From Alphaproteobacteria bacterium (GTDB lineage Bacteria > Pseudomonadota > Alphaproteobacteria > GCA-2731375), in the NCBI GenBank assembly GCA_965225945.1, contig CBDDBZ010000038.1, positions 352,001 through 416,000 of the forward strand: 64,000 nt of DNA, read 5' to 3'. The notes below the pieces were generated by a model. That model was given only the letters and a program-made list of their open reading frames with translations, did no database searches and was not told the DNA's origin. Each line of letters begins with the position of its first letter. Position 1 is the stretch's first letter. Of the stretch, positions 1 to 10,737 are shown one piece after another. The translations under genes were made by a program, and so were the position numbers.

Positions 1-2
1 AG

Positions 3-605
3 CCGACGTTCAGCTACCACGGACGCCGGCTGTTCCAGGGCGTCATCGCCGCCATCGGCATCATCGTCCTCTTGCTAGGGGTGCGCGACCTGGCGGTGGG
101 AGAGGGCGCCCGGCCACTCGACCCGGGCTTGCAACAGAGCCAGCCGATCGAGGATTTCAACCGCTTTCTCGACGAAGGGATCGGCCGCCGCAACATCGAT
201 TTCTTCATGCTGGCGATCGGTGCCTGGATCGCCTTCTTCGGGCTCGACGGCGTGCTCTGTCGCGGCCCGCAGCTCTCCTTCGGGCCGGACGGCTTGCGTT
301 ACTTCCGTTTCGGCCGCCAAGTCCTGCCCTGGAGCGCCTTCGCCCACGTCAACTTCATCCAACGCCGGCGCACCAGCCTGCTACGCTCCAGCTATATCGA
401 TCTGCAACTGCACGACCCGGCGCCTTATGCCGCCGGCCAGCCGTTCCTCTATCGGGCCTTTCGCCGCCTGATGCACCCCTTCGACGGCTCTGTCTTCACC
501 ATCTACGGCTACGACATCGAGGCCCCGCTGGTCAGCATCATCCAGCGGATGCAGGAGATCGCCGAGCCCGAGTCGGTGCGGGACGAGGAGGACGGAACGC
601 TCTGA
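3..605 (+). CDS. hypothetical membrane protein (5' end outside window)
   Basis: Frame open from position 3 (PTFSYHGRRLFQGVIAAIGIIVLL...); two hydrophobic segments, then a soluble domain; TGA at 603-605. Confidence 0.6.
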   Translation, partial: PTFSYHGRRLFQGVIAAIGIIVLLLGVRDLAVGEGARPLDPGLQQSQPIEDFNRFLDEGIGRRNIDFFMLAIGAWIAFFGLDGVLCRGPQLSFGPDGLRYFRFGRQVLPWSAFAHVNFIQRRRTSLLRSSYIDLQLHDPAPYAAGQPFLYRAFRRLMHPFDGSVFTIYGYDIEAPLVSIIQRMQEIAEPESVRDEEDGTL

Positions 606-716
606 ACATGATCCACTAGACCACCCACTCAGCCCCGCCCGGCGAGGGCGCGGGCTGAACGCCTTGATGCGGTCGGCACCCGGTGCGAGAGTCCGCCAAA
701 GTCGGAGGGGAAGCCC

Positions 717-1508
717 ATGCCGAGGATCGCCGCCAACGTCACCATGCTGTTCACCGAGCTCGCGGAGGAGGCGCGCTACGCGGCCGCGGCGGCCGCCGGC
801 TTTCGCGGTGTCGAGATGCTGTTTCCCTACGCGCACCCCAAGGAAACCGTCCGGGGCTGGCTGGACGCGAGCGCGATGGAGCAGGTGCTGATCAACATGC
901 CGTCGGGCGATTGGCAGGGCGGCGAACGCGGCCTTGCCTGCCTGCCGGACCGGCGCGGCGAATTCCAGGACGCGATCGGCCAAGCCATCGACTACGCGCG
1001 CCATCTGGACTGCCCCCGGGTCCATGTCGTCGCCGGCCTGGTGCCGGACGAGGCGACCTCGCGCCGGCCCTACGGGGAGGCCTACCGCGAGAACGTCGCG
1101 TACGCCGCCGACGCCTTGGCCGAGGCCGGGCTGGAGGCGACGATCGAGCCGATCAACGGCAAGCGCGACGCGCCCGGCTTCTTCCTGCAGACGACAATCG
1201 AGGGGCGCGAAATCATCGCGGAGTTGGACCGGCCCAACCTCAAGCTGCAGTTCGACGCCTATCACGTCCAGATCATGGAGGGCGACCTGGTCGAGACTTT
1301 CCGCGCCTGCCTGCCGGTGATCGGCCACATCCAGATCGGCAATCCCCCCGGCCGCCACGAGCCCGATTGCGGCGAGACCAACTACCCCTATTTTTTCGAG
1401 GCGGTGGACGCCAGCGGCTACGACGGCTGGGTCGCCTGCGAATACGTGCCCCGCGCCGGCACCCTCGAAGGCCTCGGCTGGGCGCGGCCCTACGGTATCG
1501 GCGGCTGA
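717..1508 (+). CDS. hyi: hydroxypyruvate isomerase / 2-oxo-tetronate isomerase family TIM-barrel protein
   Basis: MPRIAANVTMLFTE, GFRGVEMLFPY, IEPIN, FDAYHVQIMEGD, PGRHEPDCGETNY, GWVACEYVP motifs. Confidence 0.85.
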   Translation: MPRIAANVTMLFTELAEEARYAAAAAAGFRGVEMLFPYAHPKETVRGWLDASAMEQVLINMPSGDWQGGERGLACLPDRRGEFQDAIGQAIDYARHLDCPRVHVVAGLVPDEATSRRPYGEAYRENVAYAADALAEAGLEATIEPINGKRDAPGFFLQTTIEGREIIAELDRPNLKLQFDAYHVQIMEGDLVETFRACLPVIGHIQIGNPPGRHEPDCGETNYPYFFEAVDASGYDGWVACEYVPRAGTLEGLGWARPYGIGG

Positions 1509-1684
1509 CGGCCCCGGCGTCGCGACCTCCAACCCTGACTTGGCGCACGTCAAGCCCAGGTAATAGCGCACGCTGGAGGTGTCGTCGGATGTTCCCAGGG
1601 CCGAGTCAGATGGAAATCCCCGGACCAAATACCCGGAACGGCTTTAGGGTTGCGGGGGCACTGGAGGCGGGCCAAGCTGTCGGC

Positions 1685-1951
1685 ATGGCCGAGCAGCACC
1701 CCGATCACCACCCGGAAACCGGCCCGGACGCCCCGGGCGAAAAAAAGCTGACCGTATTCGGCGAGCCGCTGTGGGTCGACGCGCTGAAGACGCTGGGCGT
1801 GGCCTTGGCCATGTTGTTGGGGACGGTCGCGGTCGGCGCCGTGCTCGGGATAATGATCATGGCCCCCTGGGGGCGGGCCAGCCCCGAATGCTCGATTTTT
1901 TGCGTGCTCGAGCAGCGGCTCGAGGCGTTCTTCTCCGACCAGCCGTCCTGA
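1685..1951 (+). CDS. small single-pass membrane protein
   Basis: ATG at 1685 (MAEQHPDHH...), one long hydrophobic stretch, GC3-rich codons. Confidence 0.5.
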   Translation: MAEQHPDHHPETGPDAPGEKKLTVFGEPLWVDALKTLGVALAMLLGTVAVGAVLGIMIMAPWGRASPECSIFCVLEQRLEAFFSDQPS

Positions 1952-2051
1952 CCGGATCCGGGTCGATGCCCGGCGCCCCGCAAGGCCCTATCGCCCGGGC
2001 CATGTGGGGATAAATTGCCGCGCCGGGCCGCGGTCTTCACGGGGGATCGCT

Positions 2052-3428
<1,377 letters not shown>

Positions 3429-3509
3429 GGTGGTCCCTCCGCTCGGCGCCGGCAGGGGCGCGGATGTCCGAAAGACCGGAGCATGACGCAGCGCCCGCCC
3501 CCTCGCAAC

Positions 3510-3568
3510 CACCACCCCGGCACCACCCCGGCACCACCCCGGCACCACCCCGGCACCACCCCGGCACC
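3510..3568. repeat. 11-bp tandem repeat (CACCACCCCGG) x5 plus a partial copy
   Basis: Five perfect consecutive copies read directly at 3510-3564, plus CACC. Confidence 0.95.
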
Positions 3569-3624
3569 GACCGGGCTCGGGAGAGCCCGGTTATCCATCG
3601 TGCGTACCGAGCTTCTCCCGGGAC

Positions 3625-3633
3625 TTATCCACA
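3625..3633 (+). promoter_or_regulatory. DnaA box upstream of gcrA
   Basis: Perfect TTATCCACA; a partial match TTATCCATC at 3591-3599; gcrA is DnaA-activated in Caulobacter. Confidence 0.6.
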
Positions 3634-3790
3634 AGAATTTGTGGTTTGCTGCCCGATCTACCACATTATCTATTGCCCCGACGAAATCCCGGACCTAACA
3701 TGCCGGCGGCCGTGGGGAACCCGAATCGACGTCTTTTGGGCTCGATTCCAGGCCCGCCCGGCCGGGAGGCGGCAAATCGTCGAAAAGACG

Positions 3791-3838
3791 GGCGAGAAAC
3801 CCGGCGATAAACCCGGCGATAAATCAGGCGAGAAACCA
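3791..3838. repeat. 12-bp imperfect tandem repeat x4 in the gcrA leader
   Basis: GGCGAGAAACCC / GGCGATAAACCC / GGCGATAAATCA / GGCGAGAAACCA. Confidence 0.85.
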
Positions 3839-3862
3839 GAAACCAGGGGGTAGGGTCCCGAG

Positions 3863-4264
3863 ATGGAATGGACTGAAGAACGCGTTGAAATTTTGCAGGA
3901 ATTGTGGGCGGCGGGGTATTCCGCGAGGGCCATCGCCGATCGCCTGGGAGGCACCACGCGCAATGCGGTGATCGGCAAGGCCAACCGCATGGGCCTCTCG
4001 AAGCCGACCAAATCGTCGATGACGCGCCAGCGCCGACAAGAGGAAGACGTGGTCGTCGTGGAGGAAGTGTTCGACGCGCCCGAGGGGGGCGTGTCGATCC
4101 TCACGCTGACGCATTCCACCTGCCGCTGGCCGATCGGCCATCCGGGCGATGAAAATTTCTACTTCTGCGGCGCGCGGGCCAAGCAGGGCCAGCCCTATTG
4201 CGAGCGTCACGGGCGTATGGCCTACCAGGTGCCGACGCCGAAGGAGGCGCGCAGGCGCGCCTGA
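3863..4264 (+). CDS. gcrA: GcrA cell-cycle regulator
   Basis: MEWTEERVEIL..LW..G.SA..IA..LGGTTRNAVIGKANRMGL and C-terminal TCRWPIGHP...FYFCG...PYCERH. Confidence 0.92.
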   Translation: MEWTEERVEILQELWAAGYSARAIADRLGGTTRNAVIGKANRMGLSKPTKSSMTRQRRQEEDVVVVEEVFDAPEGGVSILTLTHSTCRWPIGHPGDENFYFCGARAKQGQPYCERHGRMAYQVPTPKEARRRA

Positions 4265-4562
4265 AGCCGTCGGCCATGCGTGAATTAGGGGACTGATGCG
4301 TACTTTGTGGCTGCTCCGGTCGGAGACTTAGGAGTGGTTGCTCGAGATGACGCTTTACCGTGGACGCTCCCGTGGCCACCAGCGGACCATGAACCGTAGT
4401 GGGTCGCACTCGGCCGGCCCGAGGGTCGACCTCGCGAAGAGCGGCAGCTGGCGTCACCTGTGGGAGCGCCAGCCGGCGGGATGAGCGAGCGACCCAGAAA
4501 TTCCGCACGGGCGGAAGATGCCCTAGAATAGCCGGGCCCACCCAGCTTCGAGGAGCGAGGCG

Positions 4563-5207
4563 ATGCCACTTGCCCCGGCTCACAAGGTTTGGCTCGCCCG
4601 TGTCTACGGCGCCGGCGACAACGCCGAGTTGGAGCGCGCCTACGACGAATGGGCGAGCGCCTATGACGGCGACATGGGCGCGCTGGGATATCTGAACCCC
4701 GCCGTGGTGGCGGGCATGGTGGGCCGCCATCTGAGGGCGGACGCGGGTGAAATTCTCGACGTCGGCGCCGGCACCGGCGTCATCGGCGAGGTGCTGGCGG
4801 CGGTGGGTTACGGCCCGCTGGTGGCGATCGATCTCTCCCGAGGCATGCTCGGCGTCGCGGCGCGAAAGGGCGCTTACGCCGAGTGTCTCCGCATGGTGCT
4901 GGGGGAGCGGTTGGATTTCGCCGACGACCGCTTTGCCGCCACCACCGCCGCCGGCGTCTTCACCCAGGGCCACGCGCCCGCCAATTCCTATGACGAGCTG
5001 GTGCGCGTGACCCGGCCGGGCGGGCGGATCTTCCTGGCGCTTTCCGAGCACGCGGAGGCCGATCTCGGCTTTGGCGCGAAGGCCGAGGCGCTGGTCGCGA
5101 GCGGCGCCTGGCGCAAGGTCGCCGAGAGCGCGCCCTTCATCGTCATGCCGGCCTTGGAGGTGGCCGACCAGATGGCGGTCCGGGTTTATGTCCATGAAGT
5201 TCGATGA
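4563..5207 (+). CDS. class I SAM-dependent methyltransferase
   Basis: YDEWASAYD, ILDVGAGTG, AIDLSRGML, RVTRPGG. Confidence 0.85.
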   Translation: MPLAPAHKVWLARVYGAGDNAELERAYDEWASAYDGDMGALGYLNPAVVAGMVGRHLRADAGEILDVGAGTGVIGEVLAAVGYGPLVAIDLSRGMLGVAARKGAYAECLRMVLGERLDFADDRFAATTAAGVFTQGHAPANSYDELVRVTRPGGRIFLALSEHAEADLGFGAKAEALVASGAWRKVAESAPFIVMPALEVADQMAVRVYVHEVR

Positions 5208-5221
5208 GGAGTGAAGGATCG

Positions 5222-6283
5222 ATGGCGGGATACAAAATCGCGGTGATCGCGGGCGACGGGATCGGCAAGGAGGTGATGCCGGAGGCGCTCCGCGCGATCG
5301 AGGCGGCGGGCGCCGTCCACGGCTTCGAATGCGCCTGGACCGAGTTCGACTGGAGCTGCCGGAGCTACCTGGAGACCGGCCGGATGATGCCGGAGGACGG
5401 CTTGGAGAGGCTGGCCGAATTCGATGCCATCTTCCTGGGCGCGGTCGGCTACCCGGGCGTGCCGGATCACGTCTCGCTCTGGGGCTTGCTGATCCCGATC
5501 CGCCGCGCCTTCGAGCAATACGTCAACCTCCGCCCCTTGAAGCTGCTGCCGGGCGTTACCTCGCCGCTCGCCGGGCGCGAGGCGGGCGAGATCGATTTCT
5601 ACGTCGTGCGCGAGAACAACGAGGGCGAATATTCCGAGATGGGCGGGCGGATCTACGCCGGCACGCCCCGGGAGATGGTGATACAGGAAAGCGTCTTCAC
5701 CCGCCACGGCGTCGATCGCATCCTGCGCTACGCCTTCGAATTGGCCCGCAAGCGGCGGCGCAAGGTGACCTCGGCGACCAAGTCCAACGGCATCATCCAC
5801 ACCATGCCCTTTTGGGACGAGCGTTTCGCCGCGATCGCGGCGGAATTTGACGACGTCGAGACCGACCAGTTCCACATCGACATCCTGAGCGCGCAATTCG
5901 TCCAGCACCCCGACTGGTTCGACGTCGTCGTCGCCTCCAACCTCTTTGGCGACATCCTCTCGGATCTGGGCGCGGCGGTGGTCGGCGGCATGGGTCTGGC
6001 GCCCGCCGCCAACATCAACCCCGATCCCGACCAGCCCTCGATGTTCGAGCCGGTACATGGTTCCGCCCCCGACATCGAGGGCCAGGGCATCGCCAATCCG
6101 ATCGCCCAGATCTGGACCGGGGCGATGATGCTGGAGCATCTGGGCGAGACGGCGGCGGCCCGGGCCATCGAGGCCGCGATCGCCGAGGTGCTGGAGCAAG
6201 GCGCGGTCCGGACCCGCGATCTGGGCGGCCAGGCGGGCACGGTGGAGATGGGCAAGGCGGTGCGCGAGGCGATTTCGACCTGA
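5222..6283 (+). CDS. ttuC: tartrate dehydrogenase / D-malate dehydrogenase (decarboxylating)
   Basis: IAVIAGDGIGKEV, VPDHVSLWGLL, VVRENNEGEYS, SATKSNGI, VASNLFGDILSDL, SMFEPVHGSAPDI. Confidence 0.85.
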   Translation: MAGYKIAVIAGDGIGKEVMPEALRAIEAAGAVHGFECAWTEFDWSCRSYLETGRMMPEDGLERLAEFDAIFLGAVGYPGVPDHVSLWGLLIPIRRAFEQYVNLRPLKLLPGVTSPLAGREAGEIDFYVVRENNEGEYSEMGGRIYAGTPREMVIQESVFTRHGVDRILRYAFELARKRRRKVTSATKSNGIIHTMPFWDERFAAIAAEFDDVETDQFHIDILSAQFVQHPDWFDVVVASNLFGDILSDLGAAVVGGMGLAPAANINPDPDQPSMFEPVHGSAPDIEGQGIANPIAQIWTGAMMLEHLGETAAARAIEAAIAEVLEQGAVRTRDLGGQAGTVEMGKAVREAIST

Positions 6284-6325
6284 TGCGTGCCGATGCGCCC
6301 CGCCGCCCCGGCGAGGAGAACGAGC

Positions 6326-7186
6326 ATGACGGAGGCACTCTACTACCGTCCCTCCGGGCGGATCGGTTTCCGGGGGCCCCTGCTGATGGCGCTCGGCAGC
6401 CTCGCCGGCGCGATTCTATTGGGCGCGATCTACGGCTACTGGATGTGGTACGTGATCGTCCTCCTGAAGTTCTTCGCTCCGCTGGCCTATGGTTCCGGCG
6501 TCGGCCTGATCGTCGGCCAGGCCGCGCATCTCGCCAAGGTCCGCAACGGCGCCTTCGTCGGCGCGTTCGGCGCGGCTGTCGGCGTCCTCTCGGTCTACAC
6601 CGGCTGGGTCTTCTGGCTCTTGGCGTGGAGCGAGCAGAGCTACTTTTCGCCGCTGAGCGATACCTGGTGGTTCTCCGCGATCGCCGAGGCGGCGGTGGAG
6701 GGCGTCGACCAAGACGATGAGACCTTCCAGGGCGGGACACTCTACATCTGGTGGACCGTCGAGGCCGTCGTGATCGTGGGCTCCAGTGTGCTCAACGCGC
6801 TGTGGCTCGTGGGTGCGAGCGATAACACTTTTTGCGAGGCGTGCGAGGAATGGGCCGAGGACGTCTATTGGTCGCCCGTTCTGGAGGCGATCGGGGCCGA
6901 GGAGGGCTTCCAAGCGGAGCTGGAGGCCGACCCCCTCAGACGCCTCGTGGCGATCCGGCGGGCCGCGCCCGGGGAGTACGGCACGTTCAGCCGCATACGT
7001 ATCCAGGCGTGCCCGAGTTGCCAATTTTTCTTCTGTCTGGATGTCCAGAAGATCAAGAGGTGGGAAAACCACGAGGGCCCGGATGGGAGCAGTCAGACGG
7101 TGCTGGTCGACAATTTGTTGATCGACAAGCGGACCCACGACAGGCTCGCCCGCCACTTCCCCAACGCCGGCAAACCGTCCTCCTAG
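6326..7186 (+). CDS. multi-pass membrane protein with two C-terminal CxxC motifs (paralog 1)
   Basis: ATG 6326 after AGGAG; about four hydrophobic helices; FCEACEEW and ACPSCQ. Confidence 0.75.
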   Translation: MTEALYYRPSGRIGFRGPLLMALGSLAGAILLGAIYGYWMWYVIVLLKFFAPLAYGSGVGLIVGQAAHLAKVRNGAFVGAFGAAVGVLSVYTGWVFWLLAWSEQSYFSPLSDTWWFSAIAEAAVEGVDQDDETFQGGTLYIWWTVEAVVIVGSSVLNALWLVGASDNTFCEACEEWAEDVYWSPVLEAIGAEEGFQAELEADPLRRLVAIRRAAPGEYGTFSRIRIQACPSCQFFFCLDVQKIKRWENHEGPDGSSQTVLVDNLLIDKRTHDRLARHFPNAGKPSS

Positions 7187-7401
7187 CGATCCGCTCACGC
7201 GGGGGAGCGGGTGGTGCGGCCTGGTCGGATAAGGTGGACATGGGCAAGGCGGTGACCGAGGCGATTTCGACCTGATGCGCGCCGATGCGCCCCGCCGCCC
7301 CGGCGAGGAGAACGAGGGATGACAGAGGCACTCTTACTACCGCCAGTCCGGGCGGATCACCGCGAGAGCCAAGAGCCGGCGGTTTCCGGGGGCCCGTGGT
7401 G

Positions 7402-8229
7402 ATGGCGCTCGGCGGCCTCGCCGGCACGATTGGGATCGGCGCGATCTACGGCTATTTTCTGGGATGGATGCATGGCTATGAGGAGTGGTGGGTCCAACTC
7501 TTCATGGAGCTCGTGCTGCCGGTGTTTTACGGTTTCGGCGTCGGCGCGATCGTCGGTCTGGCCGCGCGTCTCGGCAAGGTCCGCAACGGCGCCTTCGTCG
7601 GCTGGTTCGGCGCGGCGGTCGGTGTCGTCGCGGTCTACACCGGCTGGGTCTTCTGGCTCTTGGCGTGGAGCGAGCACAGCTACTTTTCGCCGCTGAGCGA
7701 GTACTGGTGGTTCTCCGCGATCGCGGAGGTGGCGGGGGAGGGAATCGTCTACGACGAAGATTGGACCGCCCAGGGCGCAATACTCTACGTTTGGTGGACC
7801 GTCGAGGCCGTCTTGATCGTGTTCTTCAGTTGGGTCATGGCGTGGGCGATGGTGGATGCGAGCGAGCACACCTTCTGCGAGGCGTGCGAGGAATGGGCCG
7901 AGGACATCTATTGGTCGCCCGATCTGGAGACGCTCGGGGGTGTGAAGCGCTTCCAGGCGGAGCTGGAGGCCGACCCCCTCGGACGCTTGCTGGCGATCCC
8001 GCCGGCCAAGCCCCGGGTGCCCGGCAGGTTCAGCCGCATCCGTATCCAGGCGTGCCCGAGCTGCGGGAATTTCTTCACCCTGGATGTCCAGAAGATTAAG
8101 AGGTGGCGCAACAAAGAGGGCGAGGAGGAGAGCAGTCAGACGGTGCTGGTCGACAATCTATTGATCGACAAGCCAACCTACGACGCGCTCGCCCGCCACT
8201 TCCCCAACGCCGGCAAACCGGACGACTGA
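7402..8229 (+). CDS. multi-pass membrane protein with two CxxC motifs (paralog 2; original start out of frame)
   Basis: Clear homolog of 6326-7186; the equivalent ATG at 7319 is out of frame; in-frame ATGs at 7285 and 7402. Confidence 0.7.
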   Translation: MALGGLAGTIGIGAIYGYFLGWMHGYEEWWVQLFMELVLPVFYGFGVGAIVGLAARLGKVRNGAFVGWFGAAVGVVAVYTGWVFWLLAWSEHSYFSPLSEYWWFSAIAEVAGEGIVYDEDWTAQGAILYVWWTVEAVLIVFFSWVMAWAMVDASEHTFCEACEEWAEDIYWSPDLETLGGVKRFQAELEADPLGRLLAIPPAKPRVPGRFSRIRIQACPSCGNFFTLDVQKIKRWRNKEGEEESSQTVLVDNLLIDKPTYDALARHFPNAGKPDD

Positions 8230-8327
8230 CGCCCCGCGCGCCATCGGCGTTCACCGAATCTTCAGCCCGAAGGGATCGAATGGGGGCCGGCCCGCGCCCG
8301 CGCGGGCGATGGCGCGCGAGGCTCGAG

Positions 8328-8810
8328 ATGCAGGCGAAGGGAATCGACGAATGGCGCCGCCGCGTCGAGGGCACCAACATCAACTCGCGGACGCTACTCG
8401 CCACCGACTACCTGAACCACTTCAACGAGATCGTCATGCTCCTGGAGATGTTGCCGGACATCCCCGAGTGCCTGGAAGACGCTCGTGCGTGGCGACCCAA
8501 GAGCTATGTCGAGCACTTCGCCGACAGCAGCGTCGCCGACCGGGAGCTCGCGATTCTGGTCTACCTGCACGCGCCCGAGTGCTACCGGCTGCCGTTCGAG
8601 CAGGCGGTCGTGGCGATGAACGAGATCGTCACCACCTGCCTGGGCGAGTGCGAGACGGCGCTTTCGGGAGACCAGGACGAACGCCTGCGCGACGTCGTCG
8701 CGGGCGGCTCGGCCGCTCTTCAGCACCTGATCGACAGGGCGAGCGCGATGATACACGGCCGCGAGGTCACGCTGGAACAGGCCGAGATCGACGCCCTGAT
8801 CGGCGCCTGA
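8328..8810 (+). CDS. conserved hypothetical protein
   Basis: GTNINSRTLLATDYLNHFNEIVMLLEM...WRPKSYVEHF; typical host codon usage. Confidence 0.7.
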   Translation: MQAKGIDEWRRRVEGTNINSRTLLATDYLNHFNEIVMLLEMLPDIPECLEDARAWRPKSYVEHFADSSVADRELAILVYLHAPECYRLPFEQAVVAMNEIVTTCLGECETALSGDQDERLRDVVAGGSAALQHLIDRASAMIHGREVTLEQAEIDALIGA

Positions 8811-8823
8811 GCCCAGGGCGGGG

Positions 8824-9171
8824 CTATTTCGCAGCCATCACCATGATTTCGACCAGATACCGCGGCGCGGCGAGCGCGCTGCAGAGGCCGGCGCGGACCG
8901 GCGGGTTGTCGGGGTCGATCCAGCGATCCCAGACCTCGTTCATGGCCTCGAAGTGACGCATGTCGGTGACCCAGAGCTGGGCCCACAGCAGCTTCGACTT
9001 GCTGCTGCCGCACTCCTCGAGGAGTGCGTCGATCTTGTTCAGGATCTGCTGGGTCTGGCCGGCGGCGTCGAGCGCGCCGTCGTCGGCGACCTGGCCGGCG
9101 AGGTAGACGACATCGCCGTGCTCCACGGCCTGGCTCATGCGCGGGCCGACGTGATGGCGGGTGATACTCAT
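8824..9171 (-). CDS. RidA/YjgF family protein (YoaB-like)
   Basis: GPRMSQAV, VYLAGQV, AMNEVWDRW...PPVRA, LVEIMVMAA. Confidence 0.88.
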   Translation of the reverse strand: MSITRHHVGPRMSQAVEHGDVVYLAGQVADDGALDAAGQTQQILNKIDALLEECGSSKSKLLWAQLWVTDMRHFEAMNEVWDRWIDPDNPPVRAGLCSALAAPRYLVEIMVMAAK

Positions 9172-9447
9172 GGACGCGTCCTCCTCCACTCGGGAATTGT
9201 GCTGACGAGGGATAGTGTAGAGCCCGGCCCCCCGGCCTCACAAGCCACCATCGCAGCACCGTGCCGAGAAGCGAAGACGAAACCCATGCGCAAGACGACC
9301 CCGGTCTTCATCGACCTGGGAAGCCCCTACACACTGAACGCGCTGGAGGAGAATAGCCGGCGCCGAGAATTGTCGAGGGCGCGGGCATGCTGCTAGTGTG
9401 GCGCGACACGGGAGCCGGAAAATACCAAACACGGGAAGGATTGGGCC

Positions 9448-10662
9448 ATGAAGGACGGAATGCGATTCGTCGACTGTGATATGCACATCATGGAGCCGGT
9501 GGATCTATTCGATCGGTATCTGGACCCGCAATTTCGCGACCGGGTGACGCTTTCGGTGGGGGCGGACGGCATGCGCAAACGCGGCCTGATCATCGTCGAC
9601 GGCCAACCGACGACCTACGACGTCGAAACCCAGCAGCACCGCAAGCCGCACCACGGCAGCAGGAAAACCGAGACCTCGCAGCCGCTGTCGGGCTCGCGGA
9701 TCGCCGAGAGCGGGCGGTTGGATTTCGCGATCGAGCGGGCCTACGACGCCGAAGCGCAAATCATGGGCATGGAGATGGAAGGGGTCGATATCGCGGTCCT
9801 GTTCCCGACCATGGGGCTCAGCCTGCTGGCCCGCGATGGCATGGACCCACGACTGTCCTTGGGCTTGAGCCAAGCCTACAACAACTGGGTCCATGAATTC
9901 TGCCAAGCCAGCCCCGACCAGTTGAAGTTCGCGGCGATGCTGCCGCCGCACGACGTGAACCTCGCCTGCGCCGAACTGGTCCGTTGCGTGAGCGAGCTCG
10001 GCGCCGTCGGCTCATTCGTGCGGCCAAATTGCGTCGACGGGCATTTCTGGCACTCCAACTACTGGAACCCGCTGTTCGCGCTGCACGAGGAACTCGACGT
10101 CACGATGGGATTTCACGAGGGCACGGGTGCCGCCTATTCGCACATGAACGTCCTCTATGGCGAAAACCGGTTCTACCGGCATGTCGCGAGCCACTGGATC
10201 GAGATGCAGCAAGCCTTGATCGCGTTGCTGATCGCCGGCGTCTTCGAGTTCTATCCGAAGCTCAGGGTCGGTTTTCTGGAAGCGCAGAATTCGTGGGCGC
10301 CCGGCATCTTGACCCGCATCGAGTGGGACTATCCGCAATACCGCGACTCGCACGCGCCCTATCTCTCACTCACGCCGAAGGAATACTTCCAGCGTAATTG
10401 CTGGGCGGCGGTGGAAGGCAGCGAGCCGGAGATCGAGGCGACGGCGAGCCTTATCGGCGCCGATCGGATGTGCATTTCGACCGACTACCCGCATTTCGAT
10501 TCGAACTTCCCGAACGTGTCCAATAACCTGCTCGGGAACGTTTCGAAAGAGACTGCGGCGAAGATTCTCATGGGTGGCGCCCATCTGTACAATTTCGGCG
10601 AAGACCATTTCGCCAAGGCGGCCCAAGCGGCGGAGAAGAACCGCCTCGTCGCCGCCGAATAG
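9448..10662 (+). CDS. amidohydrolase_2 family metal-dependent hydrolase
   Basis: VDCDMHIMEP, AYNNWV.EFC, GFHEG, GVFEFYPKLRVGFLE, STDYPHFDS. Confidence 0.85.
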   Translation: MKDGMRFVDCDMHIMEPVDLFDRYLDPQFRDRVTLSVGADGMRKRGLIIVDGQPTTYDVETQQHRKPHHGSRKTETSQPLSGSRIAESGRLDFAIERAYDAEAQIMGMEMEGVDIAVLFPTMGLSLLARDGMDPRLSLGLSQAYNNWVHEFCQASPDQLKFAAMLPPHDVNLACAELVRCVSELGAVGSFVRPNCVDGHFWHSNYWNPLFALHEELDVTMGFHEGTGAAYSHMNVLYGENRFYRHVASHWIEMQQALIALLIAGVFEFYPKLRVGFLEAQNSWAPGILTRIEWDYPQYRDSHAPYLSLTPKEYFQRNCWAAVEGSEPEIEATASLIGADRMCISTDYPHFDSNFPNVSNNLLGNVSKETAAKILMGGAHLYNFGEDHFAKAAQAAEKNRLVAAE

Positions 10663-10704
10663 GCCGATCTGTGTCTCGCGTGGAGGCCTCGCCGGCGCCG
10701 CATC

Positions 10705-10737
10705 TAGAGCAACATCCGTCCAGTTGGAATCGCTCTA
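10705..10737. repeat. short TAGAGC...GCTCTA bounded palindromic element
   Basis: TAGAGC-aacatccgtccagttggaatc-GCTCTA; its right end supplies the stop codon of the adjacent SDR gene. Confidence 0.5.
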
